Shown piece after piece: positions 19,354 through 28,299 of a DNA stretch of 64,000 nucleotides; within the stretch, counting starts at the first letter, position 1; every line of letters starts with the position of its first letter. A program made the position numbers and the translations under genes. Below the pieces are notes generated by a model. That model did no database searches. It was not told the DNA's origin and worked only from the letters and a program-made list of their open reading frames with translations. Source of the stretch: a virus; the IMG/VR virus record IMGVR_UViG_3300035204_001773, positions 32,001-96,000 of that record; one strand, written 5' to 3'.

Positions 19354-20535
19354 ATGAACTTAGTAGAAACATACGCAACACACACTGGGCTAAGGATAGA
19401 TAAGCCTTTTATCTTGGAAAAGTATTATCCATTAGATATAGAAAAATATGTGACTCTTCACGTACAAACCAAATCTTATAAATCTTATGACCATTGGCAG
19501 GCGGTAGTCGATCTCATCCTCCCTCTTCTAGAGGAACAAAATATCCACATTGTACAGATAGGTGGGGTTAATGAAAAGAAAATCAAAGGCTGCACGTATC
19601 ATTTACTAGGGTCCACAACCATTAATCAATCTGCATATTTAATTAATAACGCGATGATGCACATTGGGTGCGATAGCTACCCAGCGCATATGGCTGGAGC
19701 ATTTAACAAAAAATCTGTCATTGCCTACCCCAACTGTAACATAGAAAATGTAAGACCCTACTGGGGAAGCGATATGGATTTAGTGCTGCCGCCCAATAAG
19801 GACGGAGTCAAACCCCTTTACGCCTTTGAAGAGTTTCCGAAAACAATAAACACTATACCACCAGAAAGGATAGCTAGATCAATTTGTGATAAATTAAATC
19901 TTGTTTTCGATTTCCCTTATGAGACATTAAAGATCGGGGAGAATTTCCACCTAAAGACCATTGAAGTGGTAACCGACAGGCTTGTTGACCCAGCAGATTT
20001 CGATCTGGATAATTTAATTGTGAGAAACGATATCTGGCCATATGAACAAGGGTTAGCTAATCAATTAAGTGTTTGTAAATGCTCTATTGTAACAGCAACG
20101 CCCATAAGTCCGTCCATAATTCAACGATACGCGGATAGGATTTTAACAATCGTTTACTATATAGACGAGGATGATGATCCGAAGTTTGCCGAATTCCTAG
20201 AGAAGAGCGGCCTAAATTATTCGCTAAGCTCTAGACTTCCCGAAGAAGAATTAAATAAGAAAAAATTAGATTACATTAATTTAGAAAAGGCTGCAATAAT
20301 ACCTTCCCCCATTGTAGATAAAAATGATATAGAAGAAATAAAAGATGTAGATATTGATAAATTATATTATATGTCTGGAAATACCATTCTTTCTAGGTCA
20401 AAAGCTTACGCTAGCAAAGCGGACGTTATTCTTGATGATGAAGTAGAAAATTTCGGTGACGTTAAAAAAGTTAAAGATCATCCAGCGTTTTGGGAGTACG
20501 TAGATAATTATTTACTACTCAAAATGCTTGACTAG
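19354..20535 (+). CDS. GT9-like glycosyltransferase C-terminal domain plus unknown domain
   Basis: KSYDHW, VQIGG, LLGSTTINQSAYLI, HIGCDSYPAHMAGA. Confidence 0.7.
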   Translation: MNLVETYATHTGLRIDKPFILEKYYPLDIEKYVTLHVQTKSYKSYDHWQAVVDLILPLLEEQNIHIVQIGGVNEKKIKGCTYHLLGSTTINQSAYLINNAMMHIGCDSYPAHMAGAFNKKSVIAYPNCNIENVRPYWGSDMDLVLPPNKDGVKPLYAFEEFPKTINTIPPERIARSICDKLNLVFDFPYETLKIGENFHLKTIEVVTDRLVDPADFDLDNLIVRNDIWPYEQGLANQLSVCKCSIVTATPISPSIIQRYADRILTIVYYIDEDDDPKFAEFLEKSGLNYSLSSRLPEEELNKKKLDYINLEKAAIIPSPIVDKNDIEEIKDVDIDKLYYMSGNTILSRSKAYASKADVILDDEVENFGDVKKVKDHPAFWEYVDNYLLLKMLD

Positions 20536-20556
20536 TTTTTAAATCTGTGTTATCAT
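20528..20556 (+). promoter_or_regulatory. Sigma70-type promoter upstream of the annealing protein gene
   Basis: TTGACT (20528-20533), 17 bp, TGtTATCAT (-10 at 20551-20556); ATG at 20562. Confidence 0.7.
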
Positions 20557-20561
20557 TAGGT

Positions 20562-21299
20562 ATGAGCTTGAAAAGAATCTCCAGAGATGAAGATGGGTTA
20601 ATCACTGACCTCGATAATTATATATATACCGACGAAGGTCTTATTGATTGGCGCAAAATGATTGACGCAAAGCACCTCGTCCCGAACAAGCAGAGAACAA
20701 AAGAAAAAGATGTTACCAAGCTAAAAGATTACGAATTAATAATCCTTCTGGGGGGCATAAAAGAATTAGCTCAAATTCGGGGTTACACAGATGTAAAATA
20801 CGAGGTTGTTTCTCCTTCTCCAGATTATGTCGTGGCTACATGCAGCATTACTTGGATTCCCAATTACGAAACAGAAGGGAGAGAGGTAACTTTCTCCGCC
20901 ATAGGAGACGCCACACCGCAAAACACACAAAGCTTCGCTAGATTTTTCTTAGGACCCATTGCGGAGAATAGATCTTTTGTGCGATGCGTTAGAAATTTTC
21001 TCAAAATCAACATTGTCGCTCAAGACGAAATGGGGGACGTGAAACTTGTTACGGATACCCCTTCGGATCAACAAGAAGAATCCTCAGATAACTTAACAGA
21101 CCCCAGATTCGTTTTAGAGAAACTTATGAAAACCAAAGGGATTACCTTTGAGGTTTTAAAAAAGAGATTACAAAAAGAAGTAGAGGACGGAAAGTGGGAA
21201 TATAAAAAAATAGACTCCTTAGACGAGATAACGGATATACCAAAAATCAAAACCTTCGAACTAATAGAACGACTTCAAAAATACAAGGGCAAAAAATAA
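20562..21299 (+). CDS. Rad52/Sak-like single-strand annealing protein (putative)
   Basis: LLGGIKELA...AIGDA..N...IAENRSFVRCVRNFLKI...DEM resembles the Rad52-superfamily core; ATG 20562 preferred over the tracked GTG at 20547. Confidence 0.55.
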   Translation: MSLKRISRDEDGLITDLDNYIYTDEGLIDWRKMIDAKHLVPNKQRTKEKDVTKLKDYELIILLGGIKELAQIRGYTDVKYEVVSPSPDYVVATCSITWIPNYETEGREVTFSAIGDATPQNTQSFARFFLGPIAENRSFVRCVRNFLKINIVAQDEMGDVKLVTDTPSDQQEESSDNLTDPRFVLEKLMKTKGITFEVLKKRLQKEVEDGKWEYKKIDSLDEITDIPKIKTFELIERLQKYKGKK

Positions 21300-21305
21300 A
21301 CCGAA

Positions 21306-24300
21306 TCACTTTCTTTGGACGTGAGAAGTCGCGTGTTCAATATACTGTTGACCAGCGCTAGCTATTCTACAAATTTGAGGTATCACAAAATAAGTAACCA
21401 CTGGATAAGAACCGGTATTTCTTCCCGCCCCTAGCGTTGTATCTTGTATAATTTCTGTTGGGTCCATGCCAGAAGGTTCTTGAAAATACAACCATATATA
21501 ATCGCTAGTACAAGGAGACGGGCCAACACCTCCTTGGGAATCTATTGATACTTTGGTAGACGTAAAGGGAACTCTCAAATATATCTTCTGTGGATCATTT
21601 GTTCTACTGCCCATGTCTTTGCCAACTATAGTAAAAGCAGATTGCCCGTTTCTTCCCCAAGTCGCTCCTATACAGTTTTGGAGGAACGAACCCTCAAAAG
21701 CGGGGTGATCTAACCCCCCCTTTACGCTGTATCCTTTGTGCCACGCGGAAATATCCGCCTTTGCATGTTGTTCCAGCATGCTGGTATCAATAACTTCTCC
21801 TAAGGAGATTCCCCAAGCTTGGTAAGTCGGTTTTGGATTCTTCTCGTCAATTTGATTTAGTTTGTCGAAAGGTCCAGCCGCCCCCCACCGTAAAATTTTT
21901 TGATTTTCCTTGCCCACGTGATTTGACACGCTCGAAAAAGATGTGTTTGTTCTAGTACTGGAGCACATTAATAAACCAGCTACGCCTATAACAGATGAAG
22001 CTGGGTGAACCTTATCTTTGCCAACGAGGCCTAGCGGTAAATCCGCCGACAACCGCCCACCTCTTCCTTGTGGGGTTGGTTTCATACTGCGTTCAGTCAG
22101 ATGTTTCATGGTCCACATTCCCTGTCTAGACTTAATATATGACCCATTATTAAATTCTGCATTACCATCTACTATTCTGTTTTCATTTGCCACTGAATTT
22201 CCGTAATCTTTATATTTTCTTACCAAGCAGGATTGCTTTGGAACAGTTGTGCTAGTTGTAGTGGGATACATTCTTAGTTCTATTATGTCACCGGGAGAAA
22301 ATTGATAATGCTCAGGGTCTACAAGCACGGTCCTCTGGTTAGCCATCGTGAAGTTCTCAACTTTGCCTACAATAGTTATTTGGTCGATTCTTTCTGTTAT
22401 AATTAGCCTCCCGTTATTGCGCATCTTATTTATTTTATTGAGGTTACCATAATATATATCCATTGCGCTAACATCGTTCTTCGCGAAAGTGGGGATGACT
22501 CCTGCGTCCCAATATTCATACCCATGCCCCTTAATATCATAACCATCGCCGGGGGCTTCTATCCCCTCGGTTGGGTAAACTTCACTCTTACAATTTCCTC
22601 CGGGCTGCCTTTCGTAAGCGCCTGCCGAAAGCATAATATTTTCTGGAATACCCCCATAATGAGAACCAGCTGTCGCTTTACTTTGGTCATGCCTGTCTAC
22701 ATCTCTTTGTTTGAAATATCCCCTCAATTCTTCTAGTTGCTTTTCGTTATTCTTATCATAAGGGGTAAAAGACGAAACCCTATTAGGAAAAGCTGTGAAA
22801 GCCGTAGTGCTAGAATGTAAATTTTTACCACCCAACCAAAAACTCGGGTCAGATTTCAACCCTAAAGTCCACCCACCGTATCCCAAGGGGTTATCATTGG
22901 ACATACAATATCTGGCATCTCTCCCCCATGCTGTAGCGCTACAGGACAAACATTTCATATCCTCAGAGTAAATCCTAGAAGAGACGGTTGTTAACTGACC
23001 CTTACCTATTGCAGTTGCCCACCACCACGGCCAAAATAATGTACCCCCGCAACCAAGACCCTCTGATCTAAATAAATCGAAATTAGAATGATCCTTCCAC
23101 CCCGGCCTTTGCCTGTATCCACCAGCAACTATTGAGGTAGATTCGTAAGCTATACACCTGAATGGCGGCGGCGACATTAAAGGGGTCATTCCGCCCACGA
23201 ATCTTTTTTTAGCCTCTGTATCATTCGGATTGTCGGGATCGGGTCTCTGATGAGGTAGAACCCAATTATTCCCATTGTCGGTAAATGTGTATCTGTTCTT
23301 TGGGGTAGAGCCATCCGCGCATTTCCATTTATCATTACCATCGGCATCCCAACCATCATGAGTTGGATGCTTGTCGTCATCACATATGTTAACAGCCTTT
23401 TTATGAACAGCGGGAGTGCTTGGCATATTATGTTGCCAGTATCCGTCGTAATCAGCCTGTCTACATTCTTGATTCCCTTCTCCCGGCTCGCAAGGCCAAC
23501 TCGGATGCGTTTGATTACAAACCATCATAGTCTTCCATTTATCTCCATCCCTATCAACCACGGTAATTTCTTTTCCGCAATTCAATATGTCCGAAGACAC
23601 ATTCATTGCGATAGACTCATGGAGTTTATTATGACAGCCAAATCTCATACGGGACCAATCCAAAATCATAGAAGCACTTACTGCTGACCCACGATTTTTA
23701 GAGGAGACTACCATGTTATGAGTAATGTTTGTTATGGTATCTGCTTGTGTTATGTCCTCGGCACCATCCCCTCTATAATTGCTGCCTCCGATACTAATCC
23801 ACGTGCTTTCTCTCCGATGAATTCTAATTACCGAAGAGCCCCCTGAGGCTTTTCCAAGTTCATGCAAAATCATCCCTCCTACGACGCTTAGAGTCCCAAC
23901 AGCTATGGGGCCCAAGGTTAATCCTAGGGCGGGGGTCATAGATGACATTTGTAACATGTACTGTATCATCGTTAATGTACTGTTATAATTTGCTGCGTTG
24001 GCGAGCATACTCACCCTAAATCTCATCTCCTTTACAAACGCACACATGTGATGAACGCCTGCTGGCGTAAAACCCATGGGATAATAACTACCCGCTCTCA
24101 TATATTGACCATCCCGGTAGGTCGGTCCGTAATTAAGGCACGAAGCTCCTATTAAAGAGCTATCCCCCTTTTGGGTTAAAGCTGCGTGTGGATTAATCAT
24201 TGATTCTAGATTACCCTGAACCGGATCGTTATCTGGATTCGATAATCCAAATTGAAAAGCCTCTACACAAACAGGGGAAACGTCTCCGGCCACCATTATA

Positions 24301-25037
24301 GGAATAGCTAGGTCCTCCTCTACCCTTTCGTGACCCCCGAAAGTAGGGTTAAGCTTGCCCGTTCTTCTCCCCGCCATTGTGAGCGTCCCCTTCCTCGTTA
24401 GTACGGAGAAAAAGCCAGTTTTAGCACCATATGGCACACGTATGTAAGTTGTATTTATCTCACCGTCATCCATTTTTACAATTACATTATTCAACAGAAA
24501 TGAATTCCCACATCTATAAGAACCGAATTTTATACAAGTTAACATATGACCAGAACTTGAACCAGTACCTATCCACATACCATATCCAGCGTGAGACTTT
24601 TTAGTTTTTAATTCTAGCCAATCGCCACGACGCACGGTCATAATTTTACTAGGAGTAAAGACGCCATTACGCATTACGTCAGTCTCGTATTTATAATTGT
24701 AATTAAGATTATCCCCTACCGAATCCTTATCATCACCAAAAAACGTATTAGGATTTTTTTCTTCTGGCCTAGCCCATATATCCCACTCATAACCGTTGCA
24801 AGAATCTAATGTTCCCGTCCCGCTCACAGAACCACCAGATGAGCTACCGCTCCATATCTCATGCGACGTAGAATCCTCGTCTATACCTTCTACGTTATAA
24901 TTAGCAAACCATGCACCCCCCGCGCCTCTCCTGACTTGGTTTAATGGCGTATTATTAGAGAAGAACCTGTCTGCTCCCGAAAGCTTATCGGAAGCATTTT
25001 TTAGACTTACAAGTTCTATTTGGTTTCTAATCCCCAT
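21306..25037 (-). CDS. Large Gly/Cys/Trp-rich probable virion (tail tip/fibre) protein
   Basis: 1243-aa ORF ending the late operon; beta-rich composition; no enzyme motif recognised. Confidence 0.6.
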   Translation of the reverse strand: MGIRNQIELVSLKNASDKLSGADRFFSNNTPLNQVRRGAGGAWFANYNVEGIDEDSTSHEIWSGSSSGGSVSGTGTLDSCNGYEWDIWARPEEKNPNTFFGDDKDSVGDNLNYNYKYETDVMRNGVFTPSKIMTVRRGDWLELKTKKSHAGYGMWIGTGSSSGHMLTCIKFGSYRCGNSFLLNNVIVKMDDGEINTTYIRVPYGAKTGFFSVLTRKGTLTMAGRRTGKLNPTFGGHERVEEDLAIPIMVAGDVSPVCVEAFQFGLSNPDNDPVQGNLESMINPHAALTQKGDSSLIGASCLNYGPTYRDGQYMRAGSYYPMGFTPAGVHHMCAFVKEMRFRVSMLANAANYNSTLTMIQYMLQMSSMTPALGLTLGPIAVGTLSVVGGMILHELGKASGGSSVIRIHRRESTWISIGGSNYRGDGAEDITQADTITNITHNMVVSSKNRGSAVSASMILDWSRMRFGCHNKLHESIAMNVSSDILNCGKEITVVDRDGDKWKTMMVCNQTHPSWPCEPGEGNQECRQADYDGYWQHNMPSTPAVHKKAVNICDDDKHPTHDGWDADGNDKWKCADGSTPKNRYTFTDNGNNWVLPHQRPDPDNPNDTEAKKRFVGGMTPLMSPPPFRCIAYESTSIVAGGYRQRPGWKDHSNFDLFRSEGLGCGGTLFWPWWWATAIGKGQLTTVSSRIYSEDMKCLSCSATAWGRDARYCMSNDNPLGYGGWTLGLKSDPSFWLGGKNLHSSTTAFTAFPNRVSSFTPYDKNNEKQLEELRGYFKQRDVDRHDQSKATAGSHYGGIPENIMLSAGAYERQPGGNCKSEVYPTEGIEAPGDGYDIKGHGYEYWDAGVIPTFAKNDVSAMDIYYGNLNKINKMRNNGRLIITERIDQITIVGKVENFTMANQRTVLVDPEHYQFSPGDIIELRMYPTTTSTTVPKQSCLVRKYKDYGNSVANENRIVDGNAEFNNGSYIKSRQGMWTMKHLTERSMKPTPQGRGGRLSADLPLGLVGKDKVHPASSVIGVAGLLMCSSTRTNTSFSSVSNHVGKENQKILRWGAAGPFDKLNQIDEKNPKPTYQAWGISLGEVIDTSMLEQHAKADISAWHKGYSVKGGLDHPAFEGSFLQNCIGATWGRNGQSAFTIVGKDMGSRTNDPQKIYLRVPFTSTKVSIDSQGGVGPSPCTSDYIWLYFQEPSGMDPTEIIQDTTLGAGRNTGSYPVVTYFVIPQICRIASAGQQYIEHATSHVQRK

Positions 25038-25058
25038 CTTCTTGGTTGTCGGTTGTGT

Positions 25059-26372
25059 TTAAGATAATGGTATTTCTTTTCCGCCTGTTGTTACATAATA
25101 AAACTTTTTAGTATTAGTACCAGACCCGTCATCTTTGTAATTTATTTTAATCATTGGGCTATCTAACATTCCCTCTGCGGTTGCCCAAAAATTAGCCGAA
25201 CTAAATTCGCTGAAAGCAACATCCAAGTAAGCGTGCGTGTCTGAGTGTTTTGGCCTAACCTCTGTGCCAGTAAAGTTTCTTGGCCCCCCGTAAAGTTGAT
25301 AAGCGATTCTGGCCTTGGAAGAACCAATGGGCCCAGCGGCCTGCTTAGTGACTTGAGCATTTTCCCCGGGTAAAGGAACCCTGACTTTAACATTTGCAGT
25401 GCTAAGCCAAGGTTTATTAACTCCGTGAGACACCTCCTGCCCTTCGTAATCAGCATGATTAACTACAGCCGCAGGCAAGGTTCCCTCTACACCATTAGAG
25501 GGTTTAACACTGATACCCCATTGCTTGCCATCAGCCCCTACATCTACAAAAACTTGTGGGTGTGGGCACGCCTCCATGTATGGAGGAAAAGATGGAACTA
25601 ATTGAACCGATCTGACGCCCGCAGCATTAGCCTCTTGAAGCATAAGATGATCAGTGCACGCTTGCCTATAATACCAACTGATAGTTTTGCCTCCGATTTC
25701 CCTGCTTAAGGGTACGTTGGGATATGGATATTGCGCGTCGGGGGCAACCGAAGTGCAATACCCCAAAAGAGTGTAACTCGCCCATTGCTTAACTTGTATA
25801 GGGTCTCCAACAAAGTAAGTTAACTCAGAAGCCATAGCCTTCTTAAACACATCCATGGCGTTATTGGCTACTTGACCCCTTGGGTCGTATAAAAAACCCT
25901 TTGGAGATAACCATTCAACCTCTTTTTCTATTTCGTAATCTAAATATTCTATCTCTGGTCCTCTTATATCGGGTAAAACATACCCCTTTGCGTCAGGAAC
26001 CCCCACATCTGTTCCTATATGATCTCTTCTAACGGTTTTGATTGATCTTGGGAACCCACCAATGCTAACCCCACCATACTCATACCACCTTGAAAACTTG
26101 GAGCCCTTTTGTATGCCTGCATGTATAGGTCTAAGGTTAGTATCGAAATATACAGCCAACCATACAAAATCTAATTCATTTAATTCGAATGGAATACCTA
26201 ATCCACACACTGGAAATCTAGCCGTAAGATCAAGCCCCGCCATAACGCAAGAAGACGGGGTTATATACAATTGATTTTGCTTAGTGCCCTCTACTACCTT
26301 TATACCTCGCCAAGGCATGTCTTGTTTCGGAGACTCGCTCCCTGTGTCTAATGATGCTTTAATAAATCCCAT
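25059..26372 (-). CDS. Probable virion protein, paralog of 26381-27631
   Basis: Shares ASLDxG, GLGxPFxxNE, PxHAxI and QACxxHL with its neighbour. Confidence 0.6.
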   Translation of the reverse strand: MGFIKASLDTGSESPKQDMPWRGIKVVEGTKQNQLYITPSSCVMAGLDLTARFPVCGLGIPFELNELDFVWLAVYFDTNLRPIHAGIQKGSKFSRWYEYGGVSIGGFPRSIKTVRRDHIGTDVGVPDAKGYVLPDIRGPEIEYLDYEIEKEVEWLSPKGFLYDPRGQVANNAMDVFKKAMASELTYFVGDPIQVKQWASYTLLGYCTSVAPDAQYPYPNVPLSREIGGKTISWYYRQACTDHLMLQEANAAGVRSVQLVPSFPPYMEACPHPQVFVDVGADGKQWGISVKPSNGVEGTLPAAVVNHADYEGQEVSHGVNKPWLSTANVKVRVPLPGENAQVTKQAAGPIGSSKARIAYQLYGGPRNFTGTEVRPKHSDTHAYLDVAFSEFSSANFWATAEGMLDSPMIKINYKDDGSGTNTKKFYYVTTGGKEIPLS

Positions 26373-26380
26373 TTTTTTCC

Positions 26381-27631
26381 TTATAAATCTATTGCGTCAG
26401 CTGGTCTTTTGTTGTATACTGATTGCATATACAGCGGCGGGTAAGGCCACGCAGCAGTATTATACAAATCTGTTCTATCGTACCATGGGTATACTTGACC
26501 CCAGTCTAAAACATCCAAGGTCCCCCTTCCATCTGATTTTGTCCGCACCACGTTGTCAAAACCTTGGTATGGCAAAAGCATTTTCAATTTTAAATCCCCC
26601 TCCAGAACAGTAACCATTTGTAAATGAGTCTTGCACGCCTGCATTAATTGATATGCCGGTCTTTTTTGAGAGTCATCAGCTGGAATTTTTATCCCTGTAA
26701 CATGACCCTCTACAGGTCTACTATCTCCAGTCGCATAAGCAATAGGGTAGTAACAAGCTACTTGATCATACCGAACTCTCTTAAGTTTAACGGTCTCTTT
26801 TAACCAAGATTGAGTAAGGTATTTATGAAGCTCTGAAAACTCTTTCGATTGATGAATTACTCCCGCTCCTCCATGAGCAACGGGATACCTGCTTCCCCCT
26901 ACTTCGTAATATCCCCTATCTGGATAACCACCAGCAGCAGAGATATACCCCTTTCTTTGTCTTCTTGTATTGTATGGAGGGTTTTGTCTTAAAGTTCTAC
27001 TAGCATAAGTCCCGACGTCTTTCTGAGTACAAATGCTTTTTCTCAATTCCCTGTCTATGCCTCTGTATCTATTACCAACCTTATGACTTTTGGTAAATAC
27101 ATTCCAGCTATTAGCGGGATCAGCGAAACCGTTATCTCCCCCTCCGCCAAAACTACCCGGCTCCCATACTTGCCCGTCGACTTGTCTCCAATTTACGCCT
27201 CGATGCGCAGGATTCCAGCTTTGTTTATGATGCATAACTCCTCTAGAATTCTGCTCGTTAGTATTTTCTATTCCATAATACGGGAGAGACTCCATTGGGT
27301 CTGATACAGAAAACATCTTTGGCCATCCTAGCCACCTTTCTCCATGAGCCAACCACGGTAAATGATTTCCTGTGTGACAAATTTCAGCGTGCATGGGTCT
27401 GCCCGACATATCCAAGAAGACCTGTAAATAAATGTGACTTTTTTCATTGATTTTAAAAGGCAAACCCAGCCCATGAATATCTAAAATCTCTCCGCTTATC
27501 TTGGGGTCATAAAACGCCTCGCCTTTTAAAACCCGAAACCACTCGTCTTGAACTTGTTCTACACGAAAAGGGTGATAAACGGCTGACACATCTGACGTTC
27601 CCGGGTCTAAGCTGGCTCTTCTAAAAGGCAT
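26381..27631 (-). CDS. Probable virion protein, paralog of 25059-26372
   Basis: Same shared motifs; tightly packed in the late operon. Confidence 0.6.
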   Translation of the reverse strand: MPFRRASLDPGTSDVSAVYHPFRVEQVQDEWFRVLKGEAFYDPKISGEILDIHGLGLPFKINEKSHIYLQVFLDMSGRPMHAEICHTGNHLPWLAHGERWLGWPKMFSVSDPMESLPYYGIENTNEQNSRGVMHHKQSWNPAHRGVNWRQVDGQVWEPGSFGGGGDNGFADPANSWNVFTKSHKVGNRYRGIDRELRKSICTQKDVGTYASRTLRQNPPYNTRRQRKGYISAAGGYPDRGYYEVGGSRYPVAHGGAGVIHQSKEFSELHKYLTQSWLKETVKLKRVRYDQVACYYPIAYATGDSRPVEGHVTGIKIPADDSQKRPAYQLMQACKTHLQMVTVLEGDLKLKMLLPYQGFDNVVRTKSDGRGTLDVLDWGQVYPWYDRTDLYNTAAWPYPPLYMQSVYNKRPADAIDL

Positions 27632-27632
27632 A

Positions 27633-28298
27633 TTAATCTGTAAGTTTAACTACAAAGTCAGTTTTTATATCTCCGACGGAAGTTTTAAAAGTTAATTCGT
27701 CAGAATAATCTCCCGTAGTAATATTTTCTCTACCCGAGACAATTATGTTCGCGTTGTTCTCTATTTTAATGGGCAGATTTGTGGTTGAAAAATTATCCCC
27801 GCCCGAAAAGACCCCACTAAAAACGACGAAGGGCAAATTTGCATTATTATTAGCTACATTTATATTAAGCGTACCTGTTTTGGAAAAGGAATCGCCCTTC
27901 AATATTGTGTAGCTTGGCTTGTCCGAAGCAACATAGAAACTAGTAGTAGCTGTACATCCGCTAGTATTTATATAAAAATTGTCAATAACATTCTTTTCTT
28001 TTACTCCCACGTAGCATATAGGTACGCCGTCAATAAAATATTGATAATTTGAATCGTAAATATCTCCAGAAAGAGAAAAAGATTGACTAGGTAAATAAGA
28101 ATATATATATCTATTTTCTGGATCTATAATTTTCCCCTTATCAAATGAAAATTCTAACGATCTTCCCGTGCCCTCCCATTCACCAGAAAACCCCAGAGCC
28201 CCAGTACCCTCTATATTGTCAAAAGTAAGGCCTGACGCATAAAAAGATAACCGCTTTGCGCTACCAATTTTTCTATTGTTATTTCCAGAGAATTCCAT
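27633..28298 (-). CDS. Small beta-rich probable virion protein
   Basis: 221-aa ORF with SG-rich beta strands; 1-bp spacing from both neighbours. Confidence 0.6.
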   Translation of the reverse strand: MEFSGNNNRKIGSAKRLSFYASGLTFDNIEGTGALGFSGEWEGTGRSLEFSFDKGKIIDPENRYIYSYLPSQSFSLSGDIYDSNYQYFIDGVPICYVGVKEKNVIDNFYINTSGCTATTSFYVASDKPSYTILKGDSFSKTGTLNINVANNNANLPFVVFSGVFSGGDNFSTTNLPIKIENNANIIVSGRENITTGDYSDELTFKTSVGDIKTDFVVKLTD

Positions 28299-28299
28299 A

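Noticed and set aside
2-20535. Bacterial LPS/O-antigen locus
   Set aside because: The sugar genes are interleaved with phage-type replication genes and adjoin a tail operon; there are no wzx/wzy or ABC export genes.
21290-21315. Bidirectional terminator at the convergence of the two blocks
   Set aside because: Only 6 bp separate the stops and no GC-rich hairpin is visible.
22482-22505. AGVIPTFA in the 1243-aa protein resembling the TMP linker
   Set aside because: A single degenerate match that could be chance; worth revisiting only if linker cleavage is shown.
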